A stretch of DNA of 64,000 bases from assembly GCA_030141605.1 (NCBI GenBank), contig JAQGDQ010000480.1, positions 107,586 through 171,585 on the forward strand. The letters run 5' to 3'. This document shows, in pieces, positions 10,901-23,956 of this stretch. The first letter of the stretch is position 1; every line of letters begins with the position of its first letter. Origin of the DNA: Tubiluchus corallicola. Taxonomy: Eukaryota > Animalia > Priapulida. The notes beneath the pieces were generated by a model. That model was not told where the DNA came from. It worked only from the letters and a program-made list of their open reading frames with translations, and ran no database searches. The position numbers were made by a program, and so were the translations under genes.

Positions 10901-13509
10901 CACAACAGCAAGAGCCTACCAACCTGCAATTTTAACACAACAATCTCAATTATTCAAATATGTATGAAAGTATGTGTTAAACAGTGCTTAAATACCTTCT
11001 TTTCTGTCATATTGATGACAGACATTACACCAAACACGTTGTCACTGTCATCATCATCATCTTCCATGTCGCTGTCAGCTCCAGTGGAATTTTCAGCTTG
11101 CTAAGAGGAACAAAAATTCAGTCACATAAATTTCTCACTAAGAGAATACTTGTACTTCACAATTCGGTTCGCTTTTGTTTAAACAAATATTTTTTGTGAA
11201 TTATTATTCAGCAGTTTCACAGATGCCGCTCTCTTTTCGTAATACCAGGAAATAGGCTCAAATACTGCTAAACCGAAATAATAGTAAACCGAATCAACAT
11301 TTTTATTAAATAATGTTACACTCTAACTTCAAGTCCACTTTTTTCCTCAGACTCAGTACTTTAGTTATTTGTTTGTTTGAATGTTTGATCCTTGACATAA
11401 ACTGTCTTTCCCATATTTGGATGTACATGGGCCTAAACAATGTAGGCCCTGCATTGTTTAACTTTCGGTTGCTAACCAGACATCATAATCACTTAGCAAT
11501 TTTCCTTACCGTAGCTAGATCTTACTCTCAAAAATGTCTATAAGATGTAATAATTATACTTTCGGGACACAATACTAATCTAAAAATTTTCAACAATCCA
11601 TCTTGTGAAATTTTCATCTCAGAAGAAATTAACTATATTGGAAATGAAACATGATCACGGTAAACAATAAATGACATTTTCGTACCTTTATCACACAGCC
11701 AACATAATTCTGACTCAGGATTAAATTTGCTAATGCTGATGTGTTGATGTGAGCCTTCTGAAATAGCTGACAAAATTTAAATTCATAAAACATTATGAAA
11801 AGCTGCTAAAACATGGTAAGAACAAGCATGCAAAATAACATCAGCAAGCAATTTTAATTTTAATTACAAAAAACAATGTCAACTAAATCACCAAAGCAGC
11901 GATTGACTCCAGCCTAAGTGCTGAGCAGCTTGCTGCTTTACCAACTAGCGACTATTCACGGCATAGATCCGCCACTATAGTCAGGGCTGGATCATGATGA
12001 AGAGAGGTCCTAGCCTACTCAACTCATGAAACCACAACCCAACACTCAGATGGGGTGTGCTCACCCCTACTCTCAAGAATGAGAGAAAGATAGAAGTACT
12101 TTTTAAACAAAATTGAGTGATGCAAAGGGTAAAGAAAGGTGTAAAAATAAAATAAAGCTAATCACAATTCTACCTCTAAAGGATGCAAGATGATATTGCT
12201 ATATGCTGTAGTGAATGCAAAACCGCGTAATTGTTAAAAATGAACAGTAAAAAACTTTCTGCAATAACACACTTTGTATAGCAATTGCAGCCTCGACCAA
12301 AATCCATTTTTCCATAGAAAATAACACTTTTCATCTTTACCTGCTGAAGCAGACATTTGATGCCATGAAAATCTGAATCATCTGGCACTCTGGCTTCAAA
12401 ATCAACACAGACTTCCTGAAATGGTGCAAAACAAATTGTGTTATTATATTGGATAACAGTTGGAACAAATTAACTAAATATGTACAATAGATGCTACTAC
12501 GTTAATTGTGCTTGGATTCTTCAACAAATCCTGATTACCACAAGACAATGGAGAAAAATACTTTACTCCAAAATCTAAATAATCATGTAACCAAAGGTCA
12601 CTGGCTCGAGTTTTTTAAAGTGTGTGCTCGTACAGATATAAAAAACATTTTCCTTAAACATAGAGTAATATCATCATGGAACAACATTAATGAGTGTTAC
12701 TAGTGATAATGACATGGATATCTAAAGAATGCTTGAAGCTGAGTCAGGAACACTTTCAAGCCTGATGAACAAGTAATCAAGCATATGCTTACAGCTAATG
12801 TTTTTCGTCTTGAAATTTTATATTGATCGTGTGCATGCTATCTTATTGCATACAGTCTGATGCGAAGTCTATGAAACTTGTAAACTTGTCAAGACCATTA
12901 GGTACAGCCATTTTTGACAGTAAGTCATTTAACAAGTTTAGATAACATTGTGTAAAGTGTGTAAAAATAATAAGCTAGAGCATTCAAATCATTGAAACAT
13001 TCCTCGCAAACTAAGAAAAAGTTTAAATTACTTTATATTGTCAATAAGATCTTTAGTGTGTTTTTGATAAGCTTCAATTATTGTGAAATTGCTACATTTA
13101 AATATTTTAGTGTTTAAACAATTGTATTCATATTTTATGTAGAGCTAAATAAAGTAATCGTTAATCGTGATACAGTAACATTTTGCTAGATGACCAGAAC
13201 ATTTTTTTCGAATTACATAAGTCTTTCAAACACGTAAGCACAATGCTAAGCAATATAGCTTTTTATGGAGTTTCTTGATACCGATACTGTACTTTAAAAT
13301 TCTGTTTTCTTCCCCTTTATTAGCTTTAATGATTCTCACCGATTTATATTAAAGTCTTAGCTTATCTCGCAATTTATTACCTGTCCAACTGCTTCGTCTT
13401 CACTTGTTCCCATTGTATCACTGCTGCCTGACTCATTTTCATTATCATCTATAGTTTCACGATTAGACTCTTTCTCGCCAAAAACACGCTTCTTTAAGGA
13501 AGCAGACAT
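7742..13509 (-). CDS. BCCIP: BRCA2 and CDKN1A-interacting protein (BCCIP/Bcp1), 7 exons, 304 aa
   Basis: complement(join(7742..7924,8674..8833,10108..10289,10996..11100,11686..11766,12341..12415,13381..13509)); all GT-AG, phases consistent, 915 nt; motifs VDFEAR..DFHGIKCLLQQLF, VFGVMSVIN, GLLISERFVNIPAQIAVPMY, FSNPEEE, GGKW, YRTVVVVP. Confidence 0.95.
8674..8833 (-). CDS. BCCIP: BCCIP exon 6
   Basis: EDMDKAGKKGMKYKFDDLL...IFSNPEEEELVK. Confidence 0.93.
10108..10289 (-). CDS. BCCIP: BCCIP exon 5
   Basis: EECLYEVKQWLL...GLLISERFVNIPAQIAVPMYSSL, ends phase 2, donor GTAAGT. Confidence 0.95.
10996..11100 (-). CDS. BCCIP: BCCIP exon 4
   Basis: QAENSTGADSDMEDDDDDSDNVFGVMSVINMTEKK, 105 nt. Confidence 0.95.
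11686..11766 (-). CDS. BCCIP: BCCIP exon 3
   Basis: LFQKAHINTSALANLILSQNYVGCVIK, 81 nt. Confidence 0.95.
12341..12415 (-). CDS. BCCIP: BCCIP exon 2
   Basis: EVCVDFEARVPDDSDFHGIKCLLQQ, 75 nt. Confidence 0.95.
12520..12810 (+). mobile_element. CR1-type LINE 3'-end relic in BCCIP intron 1
   Basis: HVTKGHWLEFFKVCARTDIKNIFLKHRVISSWNNI resembles the CR1 ORF2 C-terminal TRGH..KL....R.D.RK.FF..RV...WN.L motif. Confidence 0.6.
12990..13325 (+). repeat. Dispersed unclassified repeat; related copies at about 8100..8215 and 58220..58470
   Basis: Shared blocks tttaaattactttatattgtcaataagatc (13022 and 58250) and aatgctaag...catggaaag...ctttaaaat...cttcccttt. Confidence 0.6.
13381..13509 (-). CDS. BCCIP: BCCIP exon 1
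   Basis: MSASLKKRVFGEKES...EDEAVGQ, donor GTAATA, phase 0. Confidence 0.88.
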
Positions 13510-14384
13510 CTTGCAACCGTTTATTTAGATTTCCTGTAGAGGGCAGCATGTGCGTGGAGTGTTTTTATTTTGTACTTTCGTTTTTTCTGACTTTTTCGGC
13601 CCTGTTGCAAGAGTTCCAAACTGATTTTGTCGGGCGGAAGTTATTGCATTGACATTTTTTAATCTTAAGTTTATGCGGTTATAGTGGAGAGACTAGCAAA
13701 TCATATGTGGAATCTTAAATGCTTTGGGCATTATGTTTTAATTTGCTGGTGTGTTGACTATTTATTGCATTAGTTGTATATAATAATAATATAATTAAAT
13801 TATCAGTTTATTATTCATTACAGAATGCAGACTGCAGTATAATGTATTATCTATTAAATTTATCGTAGCATTAATTACAGTTGAATACCACATTGAAACG
13901 AGAAGTGCATCTAATAAAGTTCTATGCACAATCAGTGCTCATCACAACTAGATTGATGACAAGCCATGACATCATATTCCTTCAACTGATAGATGATTGC
14001 AGGTGAACTTGGTAAGGTTACTGAAGTAATAAATTAATAACTCAGTTCCATATAAAATATCCCTGACATGGGGCTATACTGATGTTTTGCATAAATGTGA
14101 GGTGATAATATTTCACTGTTGCACAATTATAAGTATATTTTCATAAGTATACCCTCTGTAAACCCACATTGAAATTTTCCAGCTTGAGCGCTAATGTTGC
14201 ACGTTATGACCAATATTGTAACAGTGTTTGAAACTGTATGCAGGCAGACTCAAGTCTATTGTAAGATTGTGCAGTAAAATTCTTCAGTGCGTAATTGAAA
14301 GCTGAAACTTTTTGCAGGTAAATCTACAACGTCATTCACTGAGTTGTTATCATTTGCTAGCTTATAGGGTCTAAAACATTGCAG

Positions 14385-14640
14385 ATCCCATCTCTTGATG
14401 CCATACTGCTAGGCACTCCTATCTTCCATTACTGGTCGCAATGCACCATCCCTCAAATCTAGAGTTGTTTTCAAAAGCTATTTTTGGAGTATGTCCAGAA
14501 TAATTGGACAGTACGTTTTTGTGATTTCAAAAGCTTTGCTTAATGCTATAGAATGAGGAGATTCCCTTGGCTGTCTTAGTACATGCCCAATCCAGTGCAG
14601 TCTTCTTGGATTTGTTTACTCCAAGGATTCTTCTTCACCA
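14385..14640 (-). mobile_element. RTE-type LINE relic
   Basis: Minus strand gives RRILGV then, after a frameshift, RRLHWIGHVLRQP, the RTE ORF2 C-terminal motif. Confidence 0.55.
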
Positions 14641-17410
14641 CATAACTATAAACTATGAATTTTTTATCACACATCAAAAAATACAATATCAAACACATCA
14701 ATAAATTTAAAATGAAATAAATTGAATAGTACGAGGTGAGTGTACGACCATACGGTCATTAACACACTCACCTTACTTAAATGAAAAAATGATTATAATT
14801 ATGCATGCTTCTGTAGATAACTTAATAATGTAAATAAGGATGAAGTAAATGATGCAATAATAGCAATGGTATAAGAACAATAAACCTGAAAGTTGAGAAA
14901 GGAAAACATAATATCTAATTACAACCTTGGGTGAGCCTTGTGAAAAAATTTTTAAATAGTCACGAATTTGAATTATCTGATTATCTGTCAATGCACTACT
15001 TACTTGAATTACAATACACCATATTACTTACTTGTTTATGCAATTATATATATATACACATATATGTACCCAAATTTAAGTGGGGGAGAAGAGATTAAAT
15101 TATATATTATACTTGTAGTAATAACTATAATTGTATAGAACATTTAAATATAATTGATGGTAGTAATGTAGCCATCATAACCATTAAAGGTGTGCTGTGG
15201 GGAGGGGGGCAAATTATAAGAATATAAGTGATTCATTAGCAACATTAATGCTACAATAATACATTCAAAAGTTTTTGTATCATGAGGAAAATAATGTTGA
15301 TTATATGTGGGCGAGGAGAGGTTATATCATGAGTCTTTATAACCAAATTATTTTATAAATATAGCTATAAGGAACAACCGCAATACCATAATATGCATAT
15401 AATATTATGTGTAAAGAAAGGAGAGGGGTATTCATTGGCAAAGTATGATTCTTAATCGAAATTAAAACTAAAATAATATATTTGATTATACTATATGAAT
15501 GATAATGATACTTTTCTCACATAAATTAATTGGTCAACTAATCAAGCAAATACTCTGCTGGTTATAAGCTAAGAGCATTCAAGGCTTATTTTCTAAGTGG
15601 AAACAAATACAGATATAGGCTTTGAAGAATGAATAATTTCATTTTAATTGATTTATACCTTTTATTAATGAAGTAACAAAAGTCTTAAAGATATCTATTA
15701 GTAAAAGAAAAGCAATAGTGCAAAAAGACACACGTGCACAAAAAAGGAAAAAAAACCTCTGATCTTCTACGCCAATGAATTTTTACTAATTAAAAATATC
15801 TTATATTGCTTGGTAGCTATTTTTAGAGAAGGAGAGGAAATGATTGTCTTGGGCACACAATTCCACAAAATAACTCAATTGTGCTGTAAGGTATTTAAGC
15901 CATACGCTGTGTTAAATCATGTTTGAAAATAGTGTCCTCTACTGGAAGACCTAGTATAGTGAGAGTGAACGTCTTTGAATAAGGTAAAGTAGTTAGTATA
16001 TAGTTCAGGCAACTGCCGGTTATTAAACTTATGTATGAGTTTAAATAATTCAAGATTATAAATATCTTCTATTTTCAAAAAACTAAGGTGTATGTACGAT
16101 GGTGCTGCATGGTCTCTGTAATTGGCGAAACTCTTGTATTTAACTATTTTATTCTGAACTGTTAATAGTGGTTGTAATAAGTATTTTTTGTTTGCCACCA
16201 AGACAACACACAGTATTGGAGGTATGGATAGACTAATGCATGATAGATCATTTTCAAAATAGGCAAATTAATAAAATGTCTTAACTTTGCAAAAATACCA
16301 GCTGTTTTGTTTAATTTTGTTGCTGTAGAGGAAATGTGTGTAGACCACTTCATATTGTTATCAATATGCAACCCAAGGTATTTTATACTACTACCTTGTG
16401 TTAGAGTTATGTCGCCAATTTTGAGTTCAAAAGTGGAAGAGTCTTGTTGTGGAAGGTTCCTACTGATTAACATATACTTAGTTTTAGTGAATTAACAGAT
16501 AATAATTAACAGATATTTCATTTGCTTTCATCCAGTCATCAATCTTTTTTAGTTCGTTGTTAGTGCGATGTTGAATAGTTAAATAGTTAGTAGATGTGAG
16601 GAAGAGACTTGTGTTATCAGCGAAAAGATGAGTGTTAAAATCAGTAGCAAGAGGAAGGTCATTGATATAGATAAGGAAAAGCACCGGCCCAAGAGTGAAT
16701 CCTTGAGGTACACCACAATTAATGTCTAGCAAATCAGAGCATGTATTATTAATAATGGTGAACTGTTGTCGGTTAGTTAAGTAAGATTTAAGGAGATCCA
16801 AGACAGGGCCTCTGATTCCATAATAATGTAATTTATGTAGTAGAATATCATGTTGAACTGTGTCAAAAGCTTTAGATAAATCTAAGAATATTGCACAAGT
16901 GAATAGTTTTTTGTCTAAATTTAGAAGCATATTTTCAACAAATTCAGAAGTACCTAATGAAATAGAGTAAGTTTTGAGGAAGCCAAATTGAAAATTTTGT
17001 TAGTATATTACATGAAGTGAGAAAATTGTTAATGCGATTACAAATAATATTTTCAAAAATTTTGGAAACTGGCAACAGGAGAGAAATTGGATGATAATTT
17101 GATAGGTTGTTTGGCAAATCATTTTTATAAGGTGGTTTTACTGTAGTTACTTTTAGACATTTAGGAAACGTTCCCTCAGAAACTGCCATATTAAATAATC
17201 GAGAAAGTACTGGGACAATTAAATCAGTTGCTAATTTGTAGAATTTAACCGGGACACTTTCTGGGCCAGATGACTTATTTTCGTTAAGTTTATTAAGAGA
17301 CAACAATGTTTCTAATTCAGAGATGGGATAAAAGAAAATAGATTTGTCATTTGGAGCATTTAAGAATGATTGGTAGGTCTTCGAAGTAGATGGGATTTTA
17401 TTGGCCAGTC
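14641..17410 (-). mobile_element. 5'-truncated, frameshifted CR1-group (CR1/L2/Crack-like) LINE with RT domain and about 1.1 kb 3'UTR
   Basis: Successive ORFs 16944..17306 (KSSGP, YHPISLL), 16484..16930 (FLDLSKAFDTV, GVPQG, FADN for F/YADD), 16162..16473 (KYLGL), 15917..16201 (HSHYTR); no endonuclease domain; terminal stem-loop at 14734..14773. The 3' boundary is approximate. Confidence 0.88.
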
Positions 17411-18080
17411 AGATTGGCCAATCAATTATTATAATGCAGATCATCTTTGGATATTCCGTCAGATCTTTTGATACAGGTCTAAAAGTTTCTGTAGAGACAC
17501 CTTTGCATAGCACCAATTTCCTTCTGTTGTTTAACTTTTATGGTCGATATATACCATACATTTTTAACTAAAGTTGAAAAGATCCAAACTTTAATTATAA
17601 GAGAAACCCTATTGTTTTCAAACACCTTTGTGAGATCTGAATAAGCGGACAATACTAGAATTTTCCGTTGTTGTATGTCACCTTCTGTGTCTCATGAGCT
17701 ACCGAAATATTTACATTTTGTCGAATTACCGAATTACCTCGAATTATTTGATTTACGAATCATCACCTTCTCGCTGAATGTGATATATTTCTTTAAATAC
17801 CCCAAAGTTATATTTAATAACAAACGAAACATTCAAGGTCATTGATTACCCGACTGCAATTTCTCATCTACCTGGTATTGCAAGTTATCAAAATATAGGA
17901 ACTCTGCTCTGGAAAAATCTCAAGGTCAGTGATCAGTCCTCTAGAATCTGACACAACAGGTCTATAACTGGTTACTGAAGCTTGGTCATCTGACTTTTTA
18001 CTGTTTGACATTTCACATTTTAAGCTCATTGACTGCCCAAAGCCCTACTGAAACCTATAGTATCCCCATCTACTTTAGAT

Positions 18081-18760
18081 CAGTGGTTCGTAACCTTTTT
18101 TACTGCTGGTACCACCTGAAAGCGAACACAGTCGTCTGGAACCCCTTGTAGAAATTTACAAAAAGTATGTATATAGGAACATAATAGGTTTTTTAAACAC
18201 AGTCTTTCACTCGTTCTGCTTGCCAAAATAAAAACTATTATTACAACAACATTTTATTACTGAAAACATTTTATTAGTGACAACATAAATACTGAACGTA
18301 TGCAGTGTAGCACAGCGTAGTGTCAATGGCTAACTAAATAACATTAGACTGCACCCGCCTACCACTTTCCTGGCTAGACAGTGAAGTGAAGGCGGTGGAA
18401 AATCAATAGATGAGGTGATGCATTCGGGAGGGGATAGTGGCTGCTATACTGCGTGCACTGCATACCCACACTATTTCTGCCGTATAAGTCCGGTTTAACG
18501 TCATAAATTATTTAATACAAAGTGCGCCACGATTTCTATGGAAATAGCAGTTCAGGCGGTTCACAATGTCAAACCTATTTGCCTATTTAGTAAAAGTATA
18601 TTTTAACAGTGTTTTAACGATTGGGGTTATGGTTCAACTACTTTATCCTCTTCGTTTAGCTTTGAGACCTAAATTGTTTTGAGTCGCTCTCAGGGCAAAA
18701 TTTTTGATAAACCAGATCTGCGTTTGATACCCCCTGGGATCCCCATGTTAAGAACCACTG
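18081..18760. mobile_element. hAT (Charlie/Buster-like) MITE
   Basis: TIR CAGTGGTTC(G/T)TAAC at both ends; imperfect 8-bp TSD CTTTAGAT / ACTTAGAT; internal inverted repeat 18298..18327 with 18438..18465. Confidence 0.8.
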
Positions 18761-19142
18761 ACTTAGATTATAAGCTACCCAAGTTTGGTTTGATTGCCCA
18801 ACTATCTAATGTTTTTGAAAAGGCCTTAAATCACTCCTTTAAAATCTGCCTCCACCTAGTGCCAACAGCTGCTTAAATTTCTTAAGTTCAGTTGCCCAAT
18901 GGTCATCACCTTTTTGAGTTGTAACTCTTGCAGTTTTGTATTCATTGACTCAATCAGTTTGCGTAATCTTGAGTAAATTCTAGGAATTACGTTTCTGCCA
19001 TGCTGTCCTAACTTTCGAACAATTTGGTTTGTCTTCATAAAATTTCTTGCCAAAAAAATTATAAATCTGTGTAAATTTATGACTTTCGGTTTGGGAATAT
19101 AGATTTGAGCGCCCCCTATATTTCTTTGGATTTCTTTATTTA

Positions 19143-19210
19143 GATAGTTAAGCAGCACTGGGCCTGGCTAGTAACTGAATGGATATCACCAAAAAATTTC
19201 TGAGCACTTG
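19143..19210 (+). mobile_element. 5S rRNA-derived SINE-like fragment; further copies at about 24965..25075, 27990..28040, 47779..47850 (+) and 9860..9915, 57370..57440 (-)
   Basis: AGTTAAGCAGCACTGGGCCTGGCTAGTAACTGAATGG resembles the 5S internal control region (AGCTAAGCAG..GGGCCTGGTTAGTACTTGGATGGG.GACC); incomplete, so not a 5S gene. Confidence 0.6.
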
Positions 19211-19980
19211 TCATTTCTACCAGCTGCTCAGTTTTATTTCTTTCATTAGAAGAGAATCGATATTTATCCAAATGAAGACAAACCACCTCTGACGCTTCAG
19301 TGTCACGTTTGAGATTATTTTTAATAATGAGAGAAGTCCCTGCCTGGCCACAGTTGTATACTGTTGCATTGAAGAATATAAATTGAAGAATTTGAATGAT
19401 TGCTAACTTTGCTGTTAGTGATAAATTTAGATTTCTTATATATATTAACGCTGAAGTTAATGCAAAATTCTCTGTAAACTTTCAATGCTGCTATCAATTC
19501 ATATAACATTTTCACTTGTTTTTGTAATTTTTTATCTCCTAGCTGGTATCTACTTATATGTAATTGTTATTTATCTAGTAGTTTATATTGCTGAGCATGC
19601 AAAGCGAATCATTTAAGCATATGTACCATAGCTTAGGCTTATATGCTATTTATTATATGCACTCAGCAGACTTGCAATGTATAATTAATAGCACCTTATT
19701 ACCTCTGTACTAGATTTGTATTGATGATTTCTGCTCTTTCGGTTTTCTAAGTTAATGTAATGCGTTACAGTATTTCTTGTGCATGAGTTCTTATACTTTG
19801 CGAACAGGCATTGTACCCTTCATTTTAAATTTTATATATGTTATAAGTACCATTTACTTAGTTTGGACATGGAAATGAGATTAACTTTTTTTCTAGAAAA
19901 CCAGTAGCAGTCCATTTGTTGCTTTGACAGTAGGTTGCTTCTCTAAATGTTGGCACGCCGTCCGACTGCAAAGCAGAAGC

Positions 19981-20070
19981 ATGCAAACTCACTGTGGCGG
20001 ACTCCTTTTCACGTCCGATTTTGACTCTGGAAACCTAGCGAGAGTTGAGCTGGTACGGCAGATTTCAGAG
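19981..20070 (+). CDS. AGBL5: AGBL5 coding exon 1
   Basis: [30 protein letters not shown], donor GTAATG; upstream acceptor near 19896. Confidence 0.92.
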
Positions 20071-23000
20071 GTAATGAATAAAAATGAAGTTATCTCTCAG
20101 ACTGAAGTTGTACACCTCACTGATATACTAAGTGAATAGTGATTAGAAAATGTGTACTTCCCTTGAAGTACCGTATGATATACATAAGGAATGAGAAAGC
20201 ATTCAAAGTAATGCCATAATAATGTAATTTATTCATTTATTACAGAATAGAATTTGAATTACTAATTAAGTCCAAATTAATACGATCCTTGTCAGTTTTA
20301 CAACTGTAATTTAGTGATTTGTTAAGGAAATCCTCATATAAGATTTTATTATCAATTATCGATTAATGTCACTGTTTATATTGTTTTCATGACCGTGAAC
20401 TTCCTTAGTGAATGGGCTACCCATATCTTAGTGTTTCAGACAGACTTAACAAGATCTAAGCCTGTAATTCTATTAAACCGTTAAACTCAAGTTATCAGAC
20501 TGATTTGTGAATAGTGACGTACGTTAATCTGATTCTGGCTGCTGACCGACTGACCACACCACCGCGTCACTGCTATTACATATAGCAGTACTTCAAAATA
20601 AGAACTTACATAACTGATCCTGAAACACATCTTTATGTCATGTTGAGTTTGGAAAGCTGTTTTAAAAATGAGAAGAGTCCTAGGGAATACTGTTTCTGAG
20701 CATTGCCATTTGTTTAGCTTGTCTGTCGTGCAAAGTCAATATCTAAGCTCACACATACATAAAAAAATCACTCATAAAGCTTGGCTGTTTATCTTGTAAA
20801 GGGATATATATATATATCCATATATACAGATATATCCATATATATCCAAATACATATATATATGTAAAGTCAAGCTTTACTCACTCCTCAAGCATCTCAT
20901 TTATAAGGTCCTGCCTTTGAGTGCTGAATTCTAGTTTAAAGGTTGCAGAAGTGCTTCAATACAGCAATGTAAAGTAATGAAACTTTTACCATTTCACCAA
21001 AATAATGAAAAGTTATCACTTTAAGCCCCTTTCATTTATTGTCAAACCATTTCAATATCAAAAAATGAGTGACTATAAAATGCCTCTTTGTATTACAGAA
21101 AAGAATCTTTGTGGCCTTGTTGTTAGAGTTTTAGCACAATTAAGTATTTGAAATTTAGCTTTTGTATATTATTTTTGCTGTTTTAGTAGTTTTCTTCCAA
21201 TAAAATAAATTGAAAATTTTCAAGGATGATGACAAGCCAACAGGAGAATTCAAACCAGATTATGACTTCAAGTTGTGGACAAAACCAGACTGTGAAGGAA
21301 CAGAGAGCGAGAATGGAAACAGGTTTCGGCATTTGTCACTGCAGTTGTCTCATTCTTCATATTGTTATTTATCTGACATTTTTTATAGTAACAGTCATAA
21401 TGATTAATTATTGTGAGCATTATGAAAGAATTGCAAAGTGATTAACCATTCAATTTATCTCAGCAGCTTACAAACTTCTGTTGATGAAATTTGGAACTTG
21501 AATTTTGATGTGTAAAGTTTTGGAGCATTTCCATATTAATGGGTTAGGTCTGTAGTTCACCATTAACTTTTGTTATTTTGGATAAAACATGTTGGAGAAA
21601 TGAGGAGCTTTTAACGTTTACGGTTGGACTCTTGATACTGAAATTGAGGTCAACCAAAGTGGTGGCATCATTAATGTTATACACTTACTGTTGCAGGTCT
21701 TGGTTTTATTTTGGTGTAAAAAAATGGACTCCGGGAAAAGTTATCAGGTTGACTGTCATGAACCTGAATAAGCAGATCAAGTTGTACAAACAGGGAATGC
21801 TTCCACTGGTCAGAACAGTGCCGGGAAGATCTAAGTGGGAGCGTGTACGTGACCGCATTGAATATGAGGTAAACATGTAAAACACAATTTTGCACAAACC
21901 CTTAAATTTTTTTGGTTCAACAGATCAAAAATTAGTAGACCTTTTTTCAGATGTATCTGTCTGTTGAATTTCCACAGTTGATGATGTCTGAGCTGTAATT
22001 GCGCCATAAGAAATTTGGTTGCCATATTGACCATAATTCCCTAGCAGTGACTGAAAAACTTTTAAGATTGATACTCTTCTGGCTTCAAAATCTCCTCCAA
22101 AACTACTAAGGTAGTGAAGACGGAACACTGTACTGTGGCACCTCGGACAGTTATGTAAAATTTGTCTGAGCCAAAATTTGGAATTTCTATCTGCCTGTTT
22201 GTTTGTCTGTCTATCTGTTTGTCTGTCTATCCGAGTCGTTGAACCACCATCAGCTGGCTAGCTTATCTGCTGTAGCAATGACTCCGATTTTTGCGCCAGT
22301 GAACAGTTTTACTTTTCACTCATTTTTGGCTGTAAATTTAACTTTATAATAATAACAATAATATGCACTGTAAATGTCTATTGTAACAAAATTCTGACTG
22401 ACTAAAGAAACCCACTTCATGACATTATGTTGCTTACAACACTTACAATACAGTTTATTATTGATTTTTGTTTTTTCATGTTTTGTTCAGTCCACCCTTT
22501 TTAATTATTAACTTTTTTAAAATGTAACAGAAAGTTTTTTTACTGCATAATTTATTCGCCTATCCATCATCACCAGTTCAGACTACCTCCCACAACTTTT
22601 GCATACTTGTCAAGCTATGCAACAGTAGTTCTGTTATTGTACATAAACTTAACGGGAAAACCTGTGAGCACCCGTCTTGAGTAAACTGCAGTTTTGGGGT
22701 TTATTGCAACAGCATGGGTCTTGCTGTGGTGAATATTGAATATGCACATGTTTTATTTTCACTCCTGCAAGTTGAGAAACTGTATTAATATTGCACACTT
22801 ACATGTCTTAGGCAATCAATATTTGCCCTGTCCAATAGTTCGTGCAGTAACCCTCATCTTGAAATGATATCTTAGATTAGATTAGATTATTTTTATTTAT
22901 CTCCTTTGTACATTTGTGGCTATCAAATACATATGAGCAAAAAGTTATTAGTTCAGCGAAAGGGTGGCCAGTAACCAAATGGGTTATTAAGTCAGCCAAC

Positions 23001-23858
23001 CTTCTAATTACGTAAAGTTAATATAGTCTCTAGGTTCTAGCGAAAATTAAGCAGCAGTTAACGTGGAAGTAATTTAAGCTAGTGCAACCTATAAAGCTAA
23101 ATTGCAAAAACATAACTCAAAAATGAAGGTAGAAAATAGCATACAACACCTTACAAACTTAAACGAACAGTTTAAACCAAAAACAAATTAAATACTGTCA
23201 AACTGTATAAACAAAAACAGATGAGAAGTAGTGAATGTAAAATTGAAATGTGACAGCAAATAAAGATGAAAATAACTATACACCAGGAAGGCGAGCAAAG
23301 TGACAATGCAACAAGCAATGAAAACAGACAATAATTTATGCATGGCATGATAAATTTAATAAAATAAAAATATTTTAGCATATTTAGTGCAAATTGTGGC
23401 ATCAAATCTATTACGTCATCTATTCGCCGTGTTTTTAGGAAATCGTTCATCTAGTATTCGTTATTTCAGCTCGCCGGTTGTCAGTTTCGACTCAGCTTCA
23501 CCTACCGATTTCCGGATGTTACGAAAGAAGCAACTACATACTTTGCCTTCTCTTATCCACATTCATACGAAGAGTGCCAACAGTTACTGTCCAGCTTGGA
23601 CAAGAAATTCGAATATTGTAGTAACCTCCAGCCAGGCAGGTATGATTTACCACAGTGGTGGTAAAAAAACTGGTTCAGAAATTAGGGACAAAACGTTTAC
23701 AGTTTAACTTTGACTTTCAAGTGATTGGAAGAATCAAATTAATAGTTACAGAGTCACTAATAACACTTTAATAATTTTTTTAAAGGTATGGCATATTGAT
23801 ATTATGTGATGTACTATAGCATTATGCTAAGTAAAGAGTGGTTTGCAATAATACCAAC

Positions 23859-23956
<98 letters not shown>

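Noticed and set aside
19143-19210. 5S rRNA gene
   Set aside because: Only the internal control region is similar; 5' half and terminal stem absent.
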